Part shown: one piece after another, positions 1-9,100 of the stretch
Layout: every line of letters begins with the position of its first letter
Numbering within the stretch: the stretch's first letter is position 1
IMG/VR virus record: IMGVR_UViG_3300030330_001898
Span: 1 to 64,000 of that record
Origin: an uncultured virus (IMG/VR IMGVR_UViG_3300030330_001898)
Lineage: Duplodnaviria > Heunggongvirae > Uroviricota > Caudoviricetes
Strand: one strand, 5' to 3'
DNA length: 64,000 nucleotides
Notes under the pieces: model-generated
The model's input: the letters and a program-made list of their open reading frames with translations, nothing else
What the model was told of the DNA's origin: nothing
Database searches by the model: none
Made by a program: the position numbers and the translations under genes

Positions 1-1
1 A

Positions 2-280
2 GTGTGGTCAAGACCTTACGAGAGAGGGGCATTTACATTTGGGAAGAACTATGGCATTTGGTTAGGTATCTGTAATGCGTTAGATTTACCTATTGTCAAA
101 GTTCTTCCTAAAGAATGGCAATCAGAAATAGGAAATAGAATACCAAAAGAATATCAAAAACGTAAACAATATTTCAAACGTAGAGCAAAAACATTTGCAG
201 GCAGTAAACATAAAGTTACACTTAAGAATGCAGATGCAATATGTATTGGAATGTATGCATTAAAAAAGGAGGATAAATGA
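2..280 (+). CDS. RuvC-like Holliday junction resolvase (5' truncated by window)
   Basis: FTFGKNYGIWLG...V.PKEWQ...ADAICIG resembles the C-terminal half of phage RuvC-like resolvases; lies at the end of a + strand module. Confidence 0.7.
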   Translation: MWSRPYERGAFTFGKNYGIWLGICNALDLPIVKVLPKEWQSEIGNRIPKEYQKRKQYFKRRAKTFAGSKHKVTLKNADAICIGMYALKKEDK

Positions 281-510
281 GTATAGAATATGAAATAGAA
301 ATGCAACGTTTAAAAGTAATGCAAGAACAAAAGAATCGTAAAGAAAGAATTTTGATGGAAAAACAAATTAAGACTATTGAAAGTGAGCTAAAACAAATGA
401 AGTATAAATATTTCCAAGACTCAGCAATGTCAGCTAAAATCAAAGTAGTAGAAGACAATCTACAAATAATGAAACGATTCCTTACAGAAATAAAATCACA
501 AGATAACTAG
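277..510 (+). CDS. hypothetical coiled-coil protein
   Basis: GGAGG SD upstream; overlaps the previous stop; converges on the late module. Confidence 0.7.
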   Translation: MSIEYEIEMQRLKVMQEQKNRKERILMEKQIKTIESELKQMKYKYFQDSAMSAKIKVVEDNLQIMKRFLTEIKSQDN

Positions 511-512
511 GA

Positions 513-3170
513 TTACTGCTCGAGCTTGTTCAAAGACTTGAGCACATCCTGCACATTAACATCAAGTATTGTTTTCATAGGTGTTGGTTTTTTCTTATCT
601 AAATCAATACCTAAAAGACCAAGTAAGTTTTCTTTACGCTGTTTACTTTCTCTTGTTGGATATAATGCAAGTTCACCCATAAGCATACTACCAAGATTTT
701 CACCTGCTTGCCAACTAGGTATAACTTGTTTAATAAATCTTCTTGTACCTGGACTAACAATTTGTAATATCTCTTCTGAATAATCTGTGTCGTTAGCCAT
801 TTCTTCATAACCAGCGACATAAGATAACCAACTATCAGATTCCATTTCATATAGTCCCATAACATTAAACAATCCTACTGCATCACTAATGAAAGGACCA
901 CCTAATGTACCAATCAAAGGACCTTTACCAAAAAATTGTTCTTTACGAGTTTCTTCATCTAAAGATTTATAATAACTACTTAGTCTTTCGTATGTATCGT
1001 TTTGTACAAGATTACCAGTATTAATATTTAACAATGGTGCTAATACACCATTTAATACTGTATACATAAGACCTAATCTATACATTCTATATGCAGCTGG
1101 ATTGGTCCACTGACTAGTAAATACTGCATCTGTACCATCTCTTACAATTTTTCTTTGTAGATTAAAAAAGTTAATACCATAATGTTGAAATTGTCCTAAT
1201 ACAGAACCAACTGGAGTAGTTAATATTTTAGATTTACCAGGCATAGAATAGTCAAAATGTATGTTGTTTGTCATATCATTTGCATAATTTTCAGCTCTTC
1301 TTTCTAAAAATTCATTATACTCTTTTTCATACCTAGCACTATCTTTTTCTAATTCTTTAAATTTTTCAAAACCATTTTTACTTGTATATCTATTTTGAAA
1401 TAATTTTCTCATTAGTCTAGCGTTGTTAGCATCTACGTTCCAAGCTTTTGCATACGCTATACCAAATGTAAGTCTTCTGTTTACTCTATTTTCAACCCAA
1501 CTCATAGGTTTACCTAATGTCTCAGCTATACTTTCCATTTTACTTAAAATATTATCAGACATAGATAGGTCAACTACTTCTCTATATGTACCTGTTTTAG
1601 CATCATATTCAGTTTTAGTTAATTTAGAACCATATACTTCTGCAATTTCAGGGAATAAAATACCATTGTTTTTTAATCCTTTTTCAATACGTACACGCAT
1701 ATCTGCATTACCTAATGCTTCTCTATATTCACCAATACCTTTGTTGCCAAAAAATATCCAGTTAAATAAACTTTGTGTAGCATTTCTAGCTGCACCTCTA
1801 ATGTTTAATCCTAGTTTAGAACCAAACTCATAAGCTGTAATAGCTCTAGCTACATCAGTCATCATAGGTTTTTCTGCAAATTTAGAACCATCTATAATAC
1901 TATAAGTATCAGACATATAGTTTTTCAAAAATCTAAGTTTTTTATCTAATTGTTTATTGTTATTTTTTTGCATTAAGTCAGACATTTTGTGCATTGCGTC
2001 AATAAACTTTGAGGCATTATATATACTATAATTAAATCTTGATACACTATTACCGTATGAATGAATTAATGGTATAACATTGTAATCAATATGACTATCT
2101 ACTCTAGCTTGTTCACGCATATTTTTATTCATATATATATTTGAATCTAACAACTCACCTACTTTAGCTATTAAATCTATACCCTCTTGGTTTTGTTTTA
2201 TGTCAGATTTATTATATATTTTTGAACTTGCTTTAGATAATGTAGGTAAAATGTCAAAAGTTAATACAGGAAAGTATCCATCTTTTTGCAGTTCACCTGA
2301 TTCAAATCTTTTTATTAATCCTTCTATTTGTTTGTAAGCTGCATCAAAGTTATCTAGTTTAGAACTATATTCTTCTTTTCTTCTATTTAATACATTTCTA
2401 AAATTTTTTAATCCAGAAAGTAAAACATCTTTACCTTTTTTTTGTAATCCCCCTAAACCAGATTCACCTCTCCAAACCTGAACAGCACGTACAACATCTG
2501 CATATTTTTCTTCACGTACTTTTAACTTATATTCAGCTACAGGCATAGATGCTAGTTCATGAAATAATTGCAGAACTTTACCTTCTCCTTTTGTTACAAA
2601 TTCTTGTATTTCAGTTTCATAATATCTTTCAGCGTCTGCTTTCTTACCTTCTTGTTGTAGTTTATTGTATTTTTTATATTTGTTTGTAAGCTCACGTTGT
2701 AGTCTTTTAGAATCTAATCCTACTTTTTCAAAAAAAGATTCTTTGTATCCTTGTCTAGAAGCTGCTGGTCTAAGAAAATTAATAATTTGATTTACACCAT
2801 TGTTAAACTCTTGCGTATTACCTTTAAGAATTAAATCTGACCTTTGTACATCTTTGTACCAAGTTTTTAAAAATGGTATATCTGCATATATTTCATTTGG
2901 TAGATATAATAGCTCAGCTAATTTACCTCTATTTTTACCTACACGCTTTAACTCTCTATCTACTATTCTAGTTAGTAATTTTAATTCTTCTACCTTAGGC
3001 ATTCTATACTCCGCATCTGTAACTTGATATAGCAATTTTTTAAACATAGAAGTTTGTGTACCTTTATCAAATTGTTTTACTACATCATTATCAAGAAATT
3101 TTTTACCAATTATTTCTAGTGATTTTTCTCTTGTTTCAAAATCTTTAGTTACTGTTGTACATCTTGCCAT
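513..3170 (-). CDS. internal virion/ejection protein, homologous to the C-terminal part of the 3056-aa protein
   Basis: Likely ATG at 3170 (TAATG overlap, GGAGG SD). Shared blocks with 47969-57139: GYFPVL/GYFPRL, PMSWVE/PMKWSE, VGSVLGQFQHY/LGRVLTRFQPY. Confidence 0.65.
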   Translation of the reverse strand: MARCTTVTKDFETREKSLEIIGKKFLDNDVVKQFDKGTQTSMFKKLLYQVTDAEYRMPKVEELKLLTRIVDRELKRVGKNRGKLAELLYLPNEIYADIPFLKTWYKDVQRSDLILKGNTQEFNNGVNQIINFLRPAASRQGYKESFFEKVGLDSKRLQRELTNKYKKYNKLQQEGKKADAERYYETEIQEFVTKGEGKVLQLFHELASMPVAEYKLKVREEKYADVVRAVQVWRGESGLGGLQKKGKDVLLSGLKNFRNVLNRRKEEYSSKLDNFDAAYKQIEGLIKRFESGELQKDGYFPVLTFDILPTLSKASSKIYNKSDIKQNQEGIDLIAKVGELLDSNIYMNKNMREQARVDSHIDYNVIPLIHSYGNSVSRFNYSIYNASKFIDAMHKMSDLMQKNNNKQLDKKLRFLKNYMSDTYSIIDGSKFAEKPMMTDVARAITAYEFGSKLGLNIRGAARNATQSLFNWIFFGNKGIGEYREALGNADMRVRIEKGLKNNGILFPEIAEVYGSKLTKTEYDAKTGTYREVVDLSMSDNILSKMESIAETLGKPMSWVENRVNRRLTFGIAYAKAWNVDANNARLMRKLFQNRYTSKNGFEKFKELEKDSARYEKEYNEFLERRAENYANDMTNNIHFDYSMPGKSKILTTPVGSVLGQFQHYGINFFNLQRKIVRDGTDAVFTSQWTNPAAYRMYRLGLMYTVLNGVLAPLLNINTGNLVQNDTYERLSSYYKSLDEETRKEQFFGKGPLIGTLGGPFISDAVGLFNVMGLYEMESDSWLSYVAGYEEMANDTDYSEEILQIVSPGTRRFIKQVIPSWQAGENLGSMLMGELALYPTRESKQRKENLLGLLGIDLDKKKPTPMKTILDVNVQDVLKSLNKLEQ

Positions 3171-6100
3171 TAACAAACCTCCTTAGTTGTTTTACCTAAA
3201 TCAGAAATAAATTCTTTTACATTTTGTGTACCGCCATCATAATAGTCTTTTGTTATGTATGGGTCAATATCTGTTTCAGTACCTTTTATAATTTGTTTTA
3301 AACTATCTTCACTCTTTCTACTAAAAATATTAAACAATGCTTCGTTTTTTAAGGAGTTTTGGAATGTGTGCATACCATCTATCGCTTCAATTCTATTTTT
3401 TGTAATGCTATATGAAGGAGCTAAATTACCTCCGCTTAATACATCTTTTACGGTAGCTGTTCCAAACACATCTAAAAATGTTTGATAACTATCTAATCTA
3501 GAAGCACTTGATAATCTACCAGTTAATGTTTCTTCAGGATTAAATGATTGAAACAAACTAAACGCATCTCTTGTATGACCAGTAGGTAATAAATGTGGGA
3601 ATTGATATACCTCACCTGTAGTAATCTCTAATGGTAAACCATCTGAACTAAACTTAGAATTAATTCCATGTAGTTTTAAATATACTTGATTGTATGCTCC
3701 AGAATAATCTCTTACAAAATCACCTGTAAATTGCTTACTAAATCTTGGACTTTGTAATGCATATCCAGTTACCAAATTAATAAAAGATTCTGTATTAGTA
3801 TCTATTGGTTTTGGAAAATATTTATCTTGATATTTTACAATCTTAGTAAAATCTACTCTAGGAGTCATTATCTTTGTAAGAATAAATTCAGGTGCTACAT
3901 CATTGTATCTATCTAATATCCTATCAATTTTTTCAAACATATTTTGTTTAATTTGGTCAGGGTGAAATACTTCTTTATTGTTTAAGTTAAAGTAGTCTTT
4001 CCATGATTTATTATAAAAATCTTTTAGGTCTTTTATTTCTGTTTCAAAATCTCTTGATAGCTCTGTACTTTTGATACCCATACTTTCTAATGTTCGATTA
4101 CCTCTATAACTAAATGCATAACTCAATGCAATATTATTTACAAGGTCTGCATTATCAACAAAGTCTATATCTAATTTTTCTTTTTTAAATTGTTCTTTAG
4201 CTTGGTCGATTATTTCTTGTTTTTGTTTTGAATCTAAATCTGGTTGTTTACGATATTCTTTTGCTAATGCTTCAGTTACATAGCGTTGCTCTACTAATGC
4301 AAACATATTTTTATCTAAGTTAGATACATTAATAGCATTTTTTAAACTTTCTCTAGCTGTTTTTAATTTGTCTAATCTATTCGATAATGTTTCGTAATAC
4401 TCAGGACTTTCAAACTTATTAATTTTTTTCATATAAGATTCTTTTCTTCGTATTTCTACATCTATCTGTTTAGCTGCATTATATTTTTGTACATCAGTAT
4501 TAAAGTTTTCAACGAATTTTTTTGTACCTGTTGTACCAGCTTCCATAAATTCTATTGCAGTACTAATAGTTTCACTGAGTACACCTTCTGAGTTTGCTTT
4601 AGTAGGTTCTAATAATAAATTTTTAATTTGTGACATATCAGCTATTAGTCTATCAAAAGTTAAACTACTTCTCATATTAGTATTTTCTCCATATAACATT
4701 AATGATTTAGTATAACCACTAAATACACTTTCAACATTTTTAGGGTTTCCCAATTTCTTTTTAGCATTTTTACTTGCAAAAAATAATTGAGTATCAAAAT
4801 TACTAGAGTATGTAGCAATATCTCTTAGTGATACTTTTCGTTGTTGCCCACTATCATATAGTCTATTATTTAATTTTAAAAGTTGTCTATATGGTTGTAT
4901 AATATTTTCTTTTAACAATTTTATTTCAGTACTAGAAAACTCTGCATCTACTTGTTCGTATTTAGCACCTTCTGCTGTATCTTTAGTTGTAAGTTTATAA
5001 AGCTGAAATAGTCCTTTATTTGTTCTAACACCATTACCATCTATGCCAAAAAATATATCATCGTATAAAGAATTAATATCTTTAAATATGTTAGAATCAT
5101 ATCCATTGTCTTTATCTAGTATTGATTGCACTAGGTCAGCTATACGTTGATATGTTTTATTAACATCTGCTCTTACACCTATAAATCTTTGGTCTCCTGT
5201 TTTAGCTATAATAATTTTATTTTCACTTCTTCCATCAAAAAACTCTCCCTCTCTAGTACTTTTACCGCTTAATATTTTTTGTACTATTCTATTAGCATTA
5301 ATAGCTGAACCCATTACATATTGTGCATTATATTTTCTTTCTACATATCTTTCTCTAGATTCAAAATTTGTAAAGTCTATATCTTTAAATGAAGGATTAC
5401 TACCTACACCTAAAGGAACAGAATCTAAGACTTTACCTCTTGACTCTATAAATCCTAATGCAACATTATGAGGCATTTTCCATATAGCGCTACCAGAATC
5501 AATATCAAAATCTCCTTCTGCTGCTCTTTTCAAATCTGCATCATTTAATACAATTTGGTCTGCTTCATTTCTACTTCTAAATTTCTTTATACCTACAGGC
5601 ATAACACTTGAAGGTTTAGTATGTGGTTGTCTTTCGAAAAATGATAACACTTGATAACCTACTTTTTCAGCATTCTTTACAGCTTCTCCTAATGTTTCTA
5701 CATCTTTAATAATTGCTTGACCTTCTTTAGATGCACCATTAACTACTTCATCAGCTGCACCTTTTAACTTTTTCACTAAAGTAATATTGTTTTTATCTAT
5801 AGGTTTAAACTGTGCTGAGTATGGTAATTCTATTTCGCCAAATTTATAGTGTTGTCCATTTTCTAATATAATAGTGTTTTGTAGTTTTGTATCTGCTAAA
5901 AATGTACCAGGTGCTAATACTGCTGTACTGCCATCTACTTTTAACTGAAACATCTTATCAAGATATTGTTGTTTAATCATATCTTCCCACATTCTTGTTT
6001 TGATTGTAGGCATAGCACCAGAATCTGCTAGTAGTTTCATTAATGTATCATTACCAAATACTTCTAAATCACTATTTAATTTATTATTTATTCTATCTGT

Positions 6101-9100
6101 AGAAAGTCTTTGAAACTCTGCAATCATTTTAGCGTAGTTTGCTGGGTTTTTAAGTGATTGTATAAATGCTCTTTTATTATCAAACCCGTTAATATCTCTA
6201 ATATAATAATCATAATATTCATTTCTTTGAGTTCTATTTAACAAATGAACACTATTGTTAGCACCTAAAGATGCAAATTTTTTATTTTTCTTTGTAGATA
6301 TAATTGCAATATTTTCAGGACCAATAGGTACTATCTCTTTTATATTTTTACCAGATATTAATTTACTCATAGAAATTACTGGTGTCATTCTCTCTTTAGT
6401 TATTTTTTTACTAGCACTTGTAAATGTAATAAAATCTAAGTCAGGATTATTTTTAAATATTTGTTCTACTTTAGAATTATTGTTTTTTAAGAATGCTGTT
6501 TTATTTATAAATAATTGTGGTCCATTACCTAAATTATACATAATAGGTTTAATACCGCCTACGCTACTAGAACTAGTTTCTCCAGATAAAAATGATAACA
6601 TTTTAAATGTTTTGTCGCTTACAATAGTTACTCCATTTACAGTACTTGCATCTGCTATACCTAACTCTTGTAGTTGTATATTAAATTGAGATTTTTGTTC
6701 TTGTAATTGTCTTTGTATTTTTGGGTCTTTTGCTAATCCTATTTCAATATCGTAAGAATCATTTATTTGTTTATTTATACTTACTAAATTATCTATTGCT
6801 CCTGGTAACTCATCAGCAACAGTGACTTGTTTTAACTTGCCATCTCTAAATTGTTTTAATTTTTCTATAACTTCTGTTTTATATGTATCACTTTCAAATT
6901 TTATTTTATTAGCTTCAACAATATTAAACTGAACAAGTTGTTTATCAAAACGTAATGCGTTATTATTATTTATTAAACTATCACGTTTAAATAATCCTTT
7001 TATTAAGCCTATTCCTGATTGTTGTCTGAATCCTGTACCAAATATATTTTCACCACCAAGAGTGTCAGATAGTAATATATCATCTAATATCTGTGTTAGC
7101 TTTTGTGTTTCTTTTTGCCAAGCACTACCTATTGTATATTCATATTTACCTTCGTTTAAAACTATATCTACTTTTTTTAATTTTGTATCTATATTTTTAG
7201 GGTCAAACTTTTTTAACACTTCAGCATATCTATTTGCTATATTATTTAATACGTCTTGATTTTTTCTAATAAAATAAACATTGTCTGAATCAGCAAATCT
7301 ATATATAATACCAGGCTCAGCATTTACAGGAGCTTTATTATTTAATATATCTTTACCTGCTTGTGTTAAATCTACTTTTTCAAAAGTATTAAGTGTGTAA
7401 TCGCCTTCAAATGCTTTTTGCCTAAATGACTCCATAGACTTACCAATTAAAGGACCAGGTAGTCCTTCAGTATTAATAGTATTACTATTTACTTGTCTTA
7501 AGAAAGGTTGTGCATCTCCCATAGCTTTGAGCAATGCATCATCTATAGGTGTTCTATTTTTAATATCAGTTCTAGTCATACTATTGTCTGGTGCATTAGC
7601 ATTAAACTCTAGTATTTCTACTTCTGTATTATTTTTTAACTGGGTGTAGAATGATTTCATTGACATTCTAACTCCATCTATTTCTGCTTGACTTAGTTTA
7701 GGGTTTTGTTTTACAACATCATTTACAAAATCTTCACTAAATTTATTAAAATTGTTTTGATACTCAGGAGTATTGTATACTTCTTGTATCTTTTTTAAAG
7801 GTTGTTCTGCTAATAAATCATTTGCTCTAAACTTACTATCTGTAGGTAAAGCATAAGTATTAAGTATTTCTCCTAATTTTATTTTGTTTTGCTCTGTAAA
7901 ATCTTTAGGAAAAAAATCACCTTGTTCTCTAATTTCAGTTGCCGCTTTTTCAGTATCTACAAAGTCTATAATTTTGTTGTCTCTCATTTCTTTTAAACGA
8001 GCTTCAACCTGAGTTTCGCTTAGCTTATCTGTTTTCCAAGACCTTGTTTGTGTATCATATAAGTCATATTTAATTGCAGATTCATATAGCTTAATAGGAT
8101 TTTTACTAAATGTCATCATATTCATTAATGATTTCATTGCTTTTTTTGTACCAGCGAACTCTACTCTATCTACTTGATATATATCATTTAAAAATAATCT
8201 CACATCTTCAGTAACCATATTGTTTTTAATTAAATTTAAACGTTGTGCTAATTGATTAACTTGTATAAAATCACCACCACTTGTTAAATCACTTCTATTT
8301 AAAACACCTTTACCATCTGTTCCTCTTACATATTTACCAAATGTATCATCAATCATCTTAACAGTATTTTCAAATATCTCATTAAATCTAAATATAGAAC
8401 CAGGAGTATCTCCTACTACTTGTTTTACTTCTTTTAGTGTTTGTTTTATTACTGCTGTTTCAGCATTACTTTGCCCAACAAATGATTCAATAGCTGAAAA
8501 ATTATTATCTTTAGTAATTTTATTTAATACATCAGATTCAACTACTTTGAACATTGCTTCTGTAACGGGTCTATATTGTAAATTAGAGCCAATAATACCA
8601 TGGTCCATACCTACTTGTATAATATTTCTATCTGTTTGCGTTAATAGCCTACCAGTATTATCCGTACCATTGATTAATAAATTTCTCATATATTTGCTTG
8701 TAATTAATCTACCCATAGCATTTATAGGCATAGCAATACTATAATCAGCTGGTGAAGCAAAAGCCATAATACCTTTATCTTTTAATATTTCTAATATATT
8801 TCTTGCTTGTTTAGCGTCTATTGTTTTTACAGACGCACTTTCATTAGAAAAAAGTTTATCATAACTATCATCAAATTTGCTTACTACATCTAGAATAGCA
8901 TTCATTTTCTTTTCTAGTGTTTTATTTCCTTTTACTTGAATCTTTGCAGCTAAAATATCGTTTTGTGCTCTAAATGTATTTGAAAAATTAGCATTGGTAT
9001 TAAATACATCTAAAATACCTTCACCATTTTTATTAGCTGCTGCTTTAATAACATTAATATTTATTCTATTTAAATCTAAAGCTGAACGCAATACACTATC

